Below, in pieces: positions 35,743 through 46,910 of a DNA stretch of 64,000 nt. A program made the translations under genes and the position numbers. This stretch comes from Chiloscyllium plagiosum (Eukaryota): NCBI RefSeq assembly GCF_004010195.1, contig NC_057751.1, forward strand, positions 3,685,707 through 3,749,706. Direction: 5' to 3'. The stretch's first letter is position 1, and every line of letters begins with the position of its first letter. The notes beneath the pieces were generated by a model. The model was given only the letters and a program-made list of their open reading frames with translations, did not search any database and was not told the DNA's origin.

Positions 35743-36844
35743 ATATCTAAACTCGGGTGAGGTTGGTCATTAATGACTGAACCTGGGATGATCATGCAAG
35801 AAAATTTGCTCATCTTTATAGAGAGAAGCCCTTCATGAAATTCAATTAAAAATCTACTCCGATAAAACATGGTACAAGTCAGCACAAAGCTTCTGACTTC
35901 ACCCTTACTCTCTAAACCTCTTCGCCCAAAAATGTGCAAGATAGGATCTTCAAATGCAGGCTTGAGATTTTGTGAATGCAGGAAGATTTCCAATGTCACG
36001 GGAATAAGCAAAATCAGCAGTAGAACACTAAAACAACCTTAAGAATGAGGAATCCTAAAATGGCATTTCGTTTCTGAAACTGGGGTGGGATATTGAGCTA
36101 CAGTGGCTTTTAGTTGCAAATGCAGAACACGCTTAAAATGCAGTGTGCCTGTCTTTGTTCATTGACTAGAACATCAACCAATTTTGGTTGGCCAAGAAAT
36201 TAAATTTTACATGGCTTTGCAAAACATTTTTCTGGAAATGTAAGAATACTTACATAACTAGACCCCAAGAAAGGTTTGATATAATGGAATGAAAGAACAA
36301 AAAAAAAGTTGCTGGCAATAGTTGAGCTGAGACTGTATTTCTTTGCTGAAGAGACAGTTCATAAAATCGCTGCTTGGTTAGTGAATAAGCTGAAGTATCA
36401 AATGACCTCTCACAATAAAATGAAGTGCACTTTAGCCAGCAAATTTTTTTCCCCCAGTCTTGGATCTTTCTTTCAAAAGTGTCAATTTGTGCTTTAAAAG
36501 CTTACTGCAACAAAAGTGCAAAGTTAAAAGCCAGAGTATGTCAAGATGAATAGCTTTAATCATATCCCATTTGATTTTTCCACAGAAAATATATCTCATG
36601 CTGCATCAACCAAGCAGATTCCACCAATGCGATTTATCATTCCAACTCTTCTGTAGTTCCTCAGCTAATGAACTGTACAGTTTCAACTTCTAACTCGGCA
36701 AGAAGCACATCCGTGATATGAAGTCCCAAGCTCTAAACCGAGCAACTTGCTATATTCAGTACTTGCTGGAAGTTTGATCTCTTTGCCTCACTCTTCCATA
36801 GTGTAGAATTGTGTACTTCAGATGGAACTATCTTTCAGCAATGT

Positions 36845-36995
36845 CAATAGCTCAGTGGCAGCATCCTCATCTGGGATCGACATTTGTGCAGTCAAACCCC
36901 AGTACAGAGATCAGTACACAAAATCTTGTCTGGCGCTATCAGCTCAGGGTAAGGACGTGTAGAGGCTAGAGATGCCATCTTTCAAGTAAGCCACT
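36845..36995 (+). mobile_element. Degraded tRNA-derived SINE (Deu-domain/SacSINE-like)
   Basis: tagctcagtggcagca A-box, a B-box-like gtcaaacccc and gatgccatctttca, resembling the Deu-SINE core from memory. Confidence 0.4.
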
Positions 36996-37009
36996 TCACA
37001 AGAACCCTG

Positions 37010-38265
37010 CTTATATTGTCAGGTGGATATAAAATTCATTGTGGAATAACAGAATGATCAGAGAGAGGGTAGAGCCGATCAGGGATAGTGGAGGGAACTT
37101 GTGCCCAGAGTCTGAAGAGGTAGGGAAAGCCCTAAATGAGTTTTTGGCTTTAGTATTCACTCGAGAGAGAGACCTTGTTGACACTGACAACACTGTGGAC
37201 CAAGTTAAAAAGCTTGAACAGATTAATATTAAGGAAGTTCATGTGCAGGAAATTCTGGAAAGCGTTAAGATAGATAAGTCCTCAGGGCCAGACCACATAT
37301 ATCCAAGGTTACTACGGGAAGCGAATAACGAGATTGCTGCACCTTTGGCGATGATCTTTGCATCCTCACTCTCCATGGGAGTAGTATCGGCTGATTGGAG
37401 GGAGGCGAATGTTGTTCCTCTGTTCAAGATAGGCAAAAGGGAAATCCCAGGGAATCCCTAAGGTTTTGCAGCAGATCTATAAAACCCTGGTTAGAACACA
37501 CTTTGAATATTTTGTCCAGTTTTGGTCGCCTCCTTATAGAAAGGATGTAAATGTTTTAGAGAGAGTGCAGAGGAGATTTACCAGAATGCTGCCCGGATTG
37601 GAGGGCTTGTCTTATGGAGAGAGGTTGAGTGAGCTCGGGCTTTTCACACTGGACAGAAGGAGGAAGAGAGGTGATTTGACAGAGGTGTACAAGGTAATGA
37701 GAGGCATAGCTAGAGTAGGTAGCCAGAGACTTTTCCCCAGGGCAGAAATGGCTGTCACGAGGGGTCATAATTTTAAGGTGATTGCAGGAAGGTATAGGGG
37801 AGATGTCAGAGATAGGTTCTTTATGCAGAGAGTGGTGAGTGCATGGTAGTAGAGTCAGAGACATTCGGGACATTTAAGCAACTGCTGGACAAACACATGG
37901 ATGGCAGTAAATTGAGAGGTGTGTAGGTTAGGTTGATCTTAGATGAAGCGAAAGGAGGCAAACGTGAGTACTGCGGATGCTGGAGATTAGAATCAAGATT
38001 AGAGTGGTACTGGAAAAGCACAGCAGGTCAGGCAGCATCTGAGGAGCAGGAAAATCAACATTTTGGGCAAAAGCCTGAAATTCCTAATGGAGGGGTTTTG
38101 CCCAAAACGTCAATTTTCCTGTTCCTCGGATGCTGCCTGACCTGCTGTGCTTTTCCAGCACCACTCTAATCTTGACTTTGATCTTAGATTCAGACAAATA
38201 CTCAGCACAACATCGTGGGCCAAAGGGCCTGTACTGTGCTCTACTGTTCTACGTTCTATCTTCTA
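37010..38265 (+). mobile_element. CR1 with a large internal RT deletion, interrupted in the 3' UTR by a PLE palindrome
   Basis: KSSGPDHIYPRLLRE...WREANVVPLFK joins directly at about 37460 to YKTLVRTHFEYFVQFWSP. The 3' UTR resumes after 38189. Confidence 0.92.
37945..38177. mobile_element. Palindromic PLE family-A pLTR insertion
   Basis: About 37986-38076 is the reverse complement of about 38091-38184. 12-bp TSD ttgatcttagat at 37933-37944 and 38178-38189. Confidence 0.88.
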
Positions 38266-38329
38266 TTTTGAAGACTCGCAGTACTTGGACCATAGCTATT
38301 CACAACATACACAAATGATATTAGGGATA

Positions 38330-38905
38330 ATTTGTTGCAATTATTCAGTGGCTTCGTGAGACCACACCTGGAATACTGTGCATATTTTTCATCTCCTTAT
38401 CTGAAGAAAGATGTTTCTATATACAGGGAGTGCAGCAAAAAATTACCAGACTGCTTCTGGAGGTGACAAGATAGAAAAATAAGGCCAGATTGAATCGGTG
38501 AGGATTAAATTCACTGGCATGCAGAAGAATCGGGAGTTCTCATAGAAAATGATAAAATTCTAACAAGACTAATCAAGGTTGATGCACTAAGTATATTCCC
38601 AGTGCTTGGGAATCCAGAACTAGGGGTCACAGTCGAAGAACATTGGGTAGACCACTTAGGATTAAAACGAAGAGCAATTTCTTCACCCAGAGAATGGTGA
38701 GCCTGTGGAAGTTGCTGCCACAGAAAGCAGTCGAGGTCAAAACATTGTATGATTTCAAGGAGTTGGATATAGCACACAAGGCTAAAGTGATCAAAAGATA
38801 TAGAGGAACAGGCTATTGAATTGGATGATCAGCTATGATAAAAATGAATGGTAGAACAAGCTTAAAGATCCAAATGGCAAACTCCTGCTCCTATTTCTGT
38901 TTCTT
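38330..38905 (+). mobile_element. CR1 3' fragment (different subfamily)
   Basis: VRPHLEYC, FFTQRMVSLWKLLPQKAVE and a tail ending ctcctgctcctatttc. Confidence 0.88.
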
Positions 38906-40469
38906 TCATATCATCCCCAGCTTTTCCAGTCTCAACACAGATATATCCCTAGTTTCAAAATGAACGACATATGTTGCCATCACACCAAAACTCAACTCTT
39001 TCCAAAGTCTGGACATCCATCTATAAGTGCTGTGTCCAGAACTGAGCCCAACGCAGGAACTGAAGTTAACTAGCTATTCATAAAGGCTTAGTATGGCTTC
39101 CTTACTTTTGTACCTGTAAACATATCTGTTGTTTTAGACTATGGACCAGAAATAAGAAAAAACACTGCCTTAAACCAAGGGAACTGTGTCTGATAATGTT
39201 TGTAGCTTTAAAGGCAAGATAATGGAGCACATTGTGAATTGCATTTCCAATGTTACCTTGATAGAGCAATGAAGGAGAATTCCAGATAAATTAGAACCAC
39301 CTTTATGCATTCAGAGCAATTCTTCCTGCAGAAGCCTTTCAATTGTTTTTTTTAAATTGGCACCAGTTGCTGTGAGTTCAGGAGAACTCAGCATCAGAAC
39401 AACCTCTTGATTGGTTCCTGGGCAGATGGTGACAGCCTTGAGTGTGAACAAAAAGCAGAAAAATCTCAAAAGGAAAAAGGAAAGCATCCATCTCTTTTCC
39501 TCACCCCGCCCTGCCCCCAAAACTCTCCGATTTTGTAAGAAAAAGAAAATCCCCAGTCGCTACTCTCCCTCACCTTTCTCTATAAGTTGTTACTATGCAA
39601 ATCCTCTGTTGAAAGGAAAATGGGAAACACACCCGCAGGGGCTCTGCAAGCAACAAATTCTCAATCAGTGAGTTAAAGACTGAGAATTGGTATACCCACA
39701 ACAAATTAGCAATTCAGCCGCTCTACATTTTGCCATAGGTTAAAAACAGTTTTATTACAATAAATTGATTTTTTTTGTTGACAAGAAAAACCTGGCGTGC
39801 ATATTCTGACAGTAAGGTAGAATTGGACAATTCAGTGATTTAATCAAATTTTTACATGAGTTGGCCACCGGTGGGGTTTCCTTTGCAGAATACTGTTTGC
39901 AGGAAGTTGTAACATAGTGTATTCATCTATTGCTGAAAAGTTGAGTTCCAAAAAAACTATTTTTACACAGACTTCCCAACCTGACACAATGATTATTGTC
40001 CATAGACCTCCAGGGATTTTTGCTCCAGCAATGACTTCAAAGTTTTGCATTTAGTTTGCATTTTCTTTTTGTTACACAACACACTGCATTGTACTGTACT
40101 ACATTAACTTGCATCAGCCATGCAATTGTCCATTTTTCTGCTGCGGTACTCCTGAAATCTAGAATTGTCCTCCTCAATGTTGAGTTTCTTTCACAGTTTT
40201 GCATTTTCTGTAAATTTTGAAATTATACTCTGTACATTCAAGTACACATGATTTACACATTCAGTTGGCCTAAAACCAACCCCAGGAGTACCATTAAACA
40301 TTGTGCTACAATCTGAAAACTAACTGTTCACCACATAATCTCTGCTCTCTGTACCCTCATCAATGCTGTCGTCATGCCATCACTGTCCCTTGAATCGCAT
40401 AGTCCTACATTTTCATACTAGTTTTACATTGTTAAACACTGCAAAATTTAAAATAACAATAATCTGACA

Positions 40470-40810
40470 AACATTGAGAGTTATAGGGTAGCCAGGAAGG
40501 ACCTGAAGAGAGAGCTAAGAGCAGCAAGGAGGGGACATGAAAGGTCCTTAGTCGGTAGGATTAGGGAAAACCCTAAGGCTTTCTATAGGTATGTTAGGAA
40601 TAAAAGAATGACTAGGGTAGGAATAGGTCCAGTCAAGGATAGTAGTGGGAAGTTACGTGTGGAGGCTGAAGAGATTGGGGAGACACCGAATGAATACTTT
40701 TCGTCAGTATTCAACCAGGAACAGGACATTGTTGTCAATGTGAGTACTGAGCCACAATTAAGTAGAATGGATGGCTTTGAGGTATGTAGAGAAGAGGTGC
40801 TGGAAATAGC
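40470..40810 (+). mobile_element. CR1 EN-RT tether fragment
   Basis: RENPKAFYRYVRNKRMTRVGIGPVKD...NEYFSSVF. Confidence 0.9.
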
Positions 40811-40849
40811 ACAAACATGTTGGATTTTGTGCCACTTTGTTTTCTTCAT

Positions 40850-41250
40850 TGTCTGCAACAGCGTTTATTGCCTATTCAAAGTTGTCCTGGAGAAGATGGT
40901 GGTGAGCTTCCTTGAACCATTGTGATTCATTAGGGAAAGTAGACCCACAATATGATGTGGAGGGAGCTCCAGGATTTTTAACCAGTGACACTAAAGGAAC
41001 AACATTATATTTCCAAGCCAGGATGGTGAATGTCTTGAAGGGAAACTTGCAGATGATGGTACTCGCATGCACTGGTCCTTCTAGACAGGAACGGCTGCGG
41101 ATTTAGAAGATGGCGACTAAGGAGTCTTGGTGAATTTTTGCAATGTATTTATAGATGGTACACACTGCTGCTACTTAGCTTTTGTAGTGGAGGGGGTGAA
41201 TGCTGGTGGATGTGGTGCCAATCAACCAGCCTGTTTTATCCTGGAAAGGA
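40850..41250 (-). mobile_element. L2/CR1-group LINE 3' fragment
   Basis: Reverse-complement similarity to 20650-21030. Confidence 0.75.
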
Positions 41251-41514
41251 GGGTTCTTGTGACATAGTGATCAGAAACATAGAAATATCAAATTTTACAG
41301 TACAGAAAGAAGCTATTTGACCCATTATGACTCTACTGGCTCCCAAAAGAACTGCGAATGGCTGTGAATGAATTTGTTCGGCTTCAATGGGAAATTATGC
41401 TTGATTAGCATTGATTACTTTTCTGGACAGCTTTAATTTAAATAATTGTGTATTATATTATTAAAAATGTCAGTAAATATCAAGAGTTTCTTTTTCAGCT
41501 CATAGAATTTCATT

Positions 41515-42112
41515 TTATTGGCTTTTATTGGTAGAGGAATTGGGTTCCGGAGTCCTGAGGTCATGATGCAGTTGTATAAGACTCTGGTGCGGCCGCATCT
41601 GGAATATTGTGTGCAGTTTTGGTTGCCATACTATAGGAAGGATGTGGAGGCACTGGAACGGGTGCAGAGGAGGTTTACCAGGATGTTGCCTGGTATGGAA
41701 GGAAGATCGTATGAGGATAGACTGAGACACTTGGGGCTGTTTTCATTAGAGAAAAGACGGTTTAGGGGTGACTTGATTGAGGTGTACAAGATGATTAGGG
41801 GGTTAGATAGGGTTGACAGTGTGAACCTTTTCCCGCGTATGGAGTCGGGTATTACAAGGGTGCATAGCTTTAAATTAAGGGGGGGTAGATATAGGACTGA
41901 AGTTAGGGGTAGGTTCTTCACTCAGCGAGTCGTAAGTTCATGGAATGCCCTGCCAGTAGCAGTGGTGGACTCTCCCTCTTTATGGGCATTTAAGCGGGCA
42001 TTGGATAGGTATATGGAGGATAGTGGGTTAGTATAGGTTAGGTGGGCTTGGATCGGCGCAACATCGAGGGCCAAAGGGCCTGTACTGCGCTGTATTTTTC
42101 TATGTTCTATAT
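41515..42112 (+). mobile_element. Young 5'-truncated CR1 with an uninterrupted C-terminal ORF
   Basis: 172-aa open frame LYKTLVRPHLEYCVQFW...FFTQRVVSSWNALP, many retained CpGs and a tail ending ttctatgttctat. Confidence 0.95.
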
Positions 42113-42304
42113 GTGGAACCAATAACATATTTCACTGTACGAGCAAATTACTGCAGGTGCTGAATTACTGCAGGTGCTGCAGGTGCAGGTCAGGCAGCAT
42201 CCATGGAGAGAGACAGCAAGCTAACATTTTGAGTTTAAATGACTCTTCATCAGAGCTGATGTAAAGTTTGAAGGGGGCAGCATTTATGCTCGAGTTAGGG
42301 GTGT

Positions 42305-42697
42305 GGTTGGAGTCAAAAAGTGTGGCACTGGAAAAGTACAGCAGATCAGGCAGCATCCGAGGAGCAGGAGAATCGATGCTTCAGGCATAAGCTCTTCATC
42401 AGGAATGTGGGGGGAGGGAAGGGGTCTGAGAAATAAATAGGACTGTGGTGGTGGGGCTGGGTGTAAGGTAGGTGGGAAGGCAATACATAGGTGCAGGTAG
42501 GAGGTGATTAAGATATGTCGGTGGGGAGGTGGAACGGATAGGTGGGAAGGAAGATGGACAGGTAGGTCAGGTCATGAGGGTAGCACCGGGTTAGAGGGTT
42601 AATCTGGGATGATGTAGGGGGAGGGGAGATGAGGAAACTGGTGAAGTCAACATTGATGCAATGTGGTTGGAGGATCCCAAGTCAGAAGATGAGGTGT
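42305..42697 (-). mobile_element. PLE family-A 3' end nested in the family-B PLE
   Basis: Reverse complement of the 6510-6880 type sequence, including cattcCTGATGAagagcttatgcctGAAGCatc. Confidence 0.85.
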
Positions 42698-43157
42698 ATT
42701 TGGAATGTTGAGTGCTGTGGGAGAAAGCATGCTGATAGTTCAGATTAAGTGATCGGAATGTGAGAATAGCAGAACAATGGTGTGTCTAACTATCAGAGTG
42801 GAAGGAACAGACAGTCCCTTTGGGGTGGGGAAGGGAGAGAAGTCATGGTGACAGAGAATGTTACAAGTGAAACTAAACCAGAGGGAAGGAATGGGAATGG
42901 GTTCACAATCTGAAGGTGCTGAACAAGTCCAGAAGGTTGTAAAGCGCCTCGTCTGATGATCCAATGTTGTTCCTCCAGTTTGTGCTGTAATTCACTGGAG
43001 CCCTGCAGCATGCCAAAGAGAGACAAGTGGGCATGCGAGCAAGATGCCGAGTCAAAATAACTGGGTACAGGGAGGTCAGGTTCATGTTTGCACACAGACT
43101 GGAGGTATCCTGCAAAGCGGTCACCGAGTCTGCATCTGGTCTCTCCAATGTAGAATA

Positions 43158-43491
43158 GGCAGCACAGTGACTCAGTGGTGAGCACTTTTACCTCACAGTG
43201 CCAGGGACCTTGGTTTGATTCCAGCTACAGGTGACTGTGTGTAATTTGCACATTTTCCCTGTGTCTGCGTGGGTTTGCACGGTATGCTTTGGTTTCCTCC
43301 CACAGTCCAAAGTTTACAGGTTAGGTGAATTGGCCATGCTCTACTGCCCGTAGTGTTCAAGGCGAGGTGCATTACTCAGGAGAAACGTAGAGTAAGGGAA
43401 TGAATGTGGGAGGGATACTCTTTGGAGGGTTGTTGTGGACTTGTTGGGCCAAATTGCCTGTTTCCACACTGTAGGGATTTTATGCTTCGAT
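43158..43491 (+). mobile_element. HE1-type SINE inserted in the PLE GIY-YIG region
   Basis: tRNA-like head, V domain and CR1-like tail. TSD gaataggc at 43153-43160 and 43492-43499. Confidence 0.92.
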
Positions 43492-44051
43492 GAATAGGCC
43501 ATATTGGGTACAGTGAATACAATATACAAGAGTGAAGGAGGTACATGTGAAATGCTGCTTCACCGAGAAAGACTGGTCCCTTGGATGGTGAGTACGGATG
43601 AGGTGAAGGGGCAGGCATTGCACCTTCTGCATTTTCATGGGAAGTTGCCGTGGCAAGTAGGGATGATGTTACTGGTCGATGAATGGACTAGGATGTCCTG
43701 GAGGAAATGATCCCTGCGAAATGCAGACTGGGGGAGTGAGGGAAAGATGTGATTAGTGGTGCTGTTCTGCTGGAGTTCTCTGAAATGGTGGAGAGTGATC
43801 CTTTGAATGCGGAGGCAGATGGGATGAGAAGTGAGGACAAGGGGAATGTGATCACGCTGTTGAGAGTGATGGGAAGGTGCAAGAGTGGAAGCATGGGTGA
43901 TAGATGAGATGTGGGTTGACGGCTTTGTCAACCACAGTGGGTGGAAAACCACAGTTTGGAAGAAGCAAGCCATGTCAGCAGCGCTGTTTTGGAAGGCGGC
44001 ATCATTCAAACATATGATTTAGGCAAAGGAACATGAAGAATGGGATGGAAT

Positions 44052-45183
44052 CACAGTCATAGCAATGTACAGCGAGTTTTGAGAAGACTTGTAGCTCAGC
44101 TTGAGGTCCGAGATGTAGTTTGCTCGCTGAGCTGGAAGGTTCGGTTTCAGATATTTCGTCAACATACTAGGGTAATACCTAGTATGCTGACGAAACGTCT
44201 GAAAATGAACCTTCCAGCTCAGTGAGCAAACCTACATCCATAGCAATGTACAGCATGGAAAGAGACCCTTTGGTCCAACTCGCCTGTACCAACCAGATAT
44301 CCTAAATTAATCTAGTCCCATTTGCCAGGATTTGGCCCACATCCCTCTAAACCCTTCCTATTCATATACCCATCCAGATGCCTTTTGAATGCTGTAATTG
44401 TACCAGCCTCCACCACTTCCTCTAGCAGCTCATTCCATACTTTGCATGAAAAGGTTGGTCCTTAGGTCTCTTTTAAATCTTTCTCCTCCCTTCCTAAACC
44501 TATAACCTCCAGTACTGGACTCTCCCAAACCAGGAAAAAGACTTTGTCTATTTAATCTATCCATACTTGTCATGATTTTATAAACCTCTATAAGGTCACC
44601 ACTCAGCCTCTGACGCTCTCCCAATTCAGCCTGTCCCTATAGCTCAGATCCTCTAACCCCGGCAACATCCTTGTAAACCTTTCCTGAACCCTTTCAAGTT
44701 TCACAACTTACTTCTAAAAGGAAGGAGACCAGAATTGCACGCAATATTTCAAAAGTGGCCTAACCAACATCCTGTACAGCCACAACGTGACTTCCCAACA
44801 CCTATACTCAATGCTCTGACCAATAAAGGAAAGCATACTAAATGCCTTCTTCACTATCCTGTCAAACCGAGACTCCACTTTCAAGGAACTATGAACCTGC
44901 ACTCCAAGGTCTCTTTGTTCAGCAACACTCCCCAGGACCTTACCATTAGGTGTATAAATCCTGCCCTGATTTGCCTTTCCAAAATGCAGAGCCTCACATT
45001 TATCTAAATGAAACGCTATCTGCCACTCCCCAGCCCACTGGCCTATCCGATCACGATCCCGTTGTACTCGGAGGTAACCTTCTTTGCTGTTCACTACACT
45101 TCCAATTTTGGCATAATCTGCAAACTCACTCACTACACCTTATATTCACATCCAAATCATTTATATAAATAACAAAAAGCAGG
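44052..45183 (-). mobile_element. CR1 3' portion nested in the PLE
   Basis: EFADYAKIG, DKCEALHFGK, LVRPLLKYCVQFWSP, GDLIEVYKIM and the 3' UTR. Confidence 0.93.
44074..44238. mobile_element. 165-bp palindromic insertion (PLE-type terminal repeat, family D) with a 16-bp TSD
   Basis: Arms 44112-44171 and 44178-44238 are inverted repeats around the loop gtaata. The right arm contains gacGAAACGTCtg. TSD catagcaatgtacagc at 44058-44073 and 44239-44254. Confidence 0.8.
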
Positions 45184-45996
45184 ATATGGGGTGTGAAGAG
45201 CTGTAGTAAAGGTAGGGTACGGGAGTCAATGGCTTTGTAGTGGCTGACAGTGGACAGTTTATTCCCCCAATGGAGACAGAGAGGTCAGGAAAGGAAATGA
45301 AGCGATGGAAACAGATAATGTGAAAGTTATAGCTGGGTAGAAATTAGAGACAAAATGAACAAAATTTTCAAGGTCCTGGCAGAAGCATGAAGCAGCACCA
45401 ACACAGTTGTCGATGTGCTGAAGATAGAATTGTGGGAGGTGGGCCAGTGTAGGATTTGAACAAGGATTGTCCACATACCCCATAAAGAGGTAGGCATAAC
45501 TGGACTCTTGCGGATGCTCATAGCCACTCCTTTGACTTGGCTTAGCCAGTCATTTTAGCAGGGCATCTTGCTCGCTTGCCCACATATCTGTCCTCGGCAT
45601 GCTGCAGTGCTCCAGTGAATCACAGCGCAAACTGGAGGGACAACATATTATCTTCAGGCTAGGCACTTTCCAACCTTCTGGACTTAATATTGAGTTCAAC
45701 ACCTTCATGTTGTGCACTCACTCCCAATCCTTCCTTTTCTTTTAACTTTACTTGCTACATTCTCTGTCACCATGTCCTTTCTCCACCCCACCCCCCAACC
45801 CCAGTGGGACTGCCTTTTCTTTCAAGTCTGGCATTAGCTCCTCAGATGCTTCCTGATCTGCTGTGCCTTTCCAGTGCCACACTTTATTGACTCTCACACC
45901 ATTGTTCTGCCATTCTCAAATTCTGTTCACTTGAACTGAACTATCAACATCCTTTCTCCCCCAACTATAGATGCTGTGCCCTCCACACGTCACAAC

Positions 45997-46035
45997 AGCT
46001 CTAATGAAGAGTCATCTGGACTTGAAACGTTAGCT
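45997..46035 (+). ncRNA. Hammerhead ribozyme motif, family B (core mutated)
   Basis: agct-CTAATGA-a-gagtc-atctg-gactt-GAAAC-GTT-agct. The sister copy at 42218-42257 (-) retains CTGATGA but has AAAA in place of GAAA. Confidence 0.6.
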
Positions 46036-46699
46036 TGCTCTCTCTCCATGAATGCTGCCTGACCTGCTGTGATCTCCAGCATTTGTTGTTTTCAATGTAT
46101 TTCACTGGTTCGTTTCTAATCTTAAAGTGGCAACTTTAAATTTTCATTTAAGCTACAGTATTAACTAGGTGCTGGTGCTCACCTCAATATTTAATTTATA
46201 TAGCCTTGGACACAGTTAACCCTGCACTCCAGTTAGTTCACTCCGAACATACTTCTGATCCACGCCTCAAGTTGCTCAAAGACCAAGTCTGCATTAATTG
46301 TGTTGTGGTATTATAGCCACTTTGTCTTTTGATGTGAGGGTCTTATCTGGGACATGGAACATGTTGCAGCAGGAGCACATCGTGGCATAGAGATCTGGGT
46401 CTGTCTTGTAATTTTGCTCAACTTGCTGAGTTTCCAACTCTAGGTATCTCAATGGGTGAAGCATGAAGAAATCACGTCAAAAGCTCTCTGTCATCACTCC
46501 CGGGCACAACTTAGCTTGATACTGGAGGAAAAACAAGCTTGGTTGGAAGTGAGTTAAAAGTGAGAGTATGAACAGAAAAGTTCAGTGATTCAGTACACTA
46601 GAAGATGATGTTATCAATTATGCTGATGTTCCTGCAAAACTCACTCAGAATAGGCAGTTATGGAACATCACTTTTGTGTGGCTTGGGCAGCCCATTTGT

Positions 46700-46910
46700 A
46701 CTTGGTCATTGTGAATTGCATCCAGGCATTGTGTCTTTTTTGAATTAAAAAAAAAGATGAGTTTGTTCTTGCATTCTCCATGGCAATGCCAATCAGAGTC
46801 AACTTGCCAACCTGCTTTTCCCCTTTAAATTTTGCATTCTTGCATCTTCCCTGATAAAATTAAAGATGAGTAGCTTTGATAGCATGTATATTTGATCAGT
46901 AATACTCAAG
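46700..46910 (+). mobile_element. Old PLE terminal repeat (family C-like)
   Basis: ccaatcagagtcaacttgcca...cctgataaaattaaagatgagtagctttgatagcatg resembles the reverse complement of the 3100-4330 pieces. Confidence 0.4.

Larger units (their letters stand above)
42138..46093 (-). mobile_element. Penelope-like element (family B): RT core to GIY-YIG on the minus strand with an inverted 3'-terminal copy at the other end; contains nested insertions
   Basis: RT motifs AMSIRKSP.YA..FMG and YLQHIDNC at 45180-45540, the linker IPLVLTSHP at 43500-44045 and GIY-YIG FYIGETRCRLGDRF near 43150. Hammerheads at 42218-42257 (-) and 45997-46035 (+). Flanking 14-bp repeat aa(ca/tg)tatttcactg at 42124-42137 and 46094-46107. 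Confidence 0.85.

Noticed and set aside
42146..42179. 17-bp tandem duplication (similar ones at ~55381-55473 and ~57552-57642)
   Set aside because: Local duplications inside decayed repeats, with no sign of function.
22765..44238. Palindromes as MITEs, miRNA genes or CRISPR-like repeats
   Set aside because: Long, variable TSDs and the match to PLE terminal repeats favour a retroelement origin. There is no repeat-spacer periodicity.
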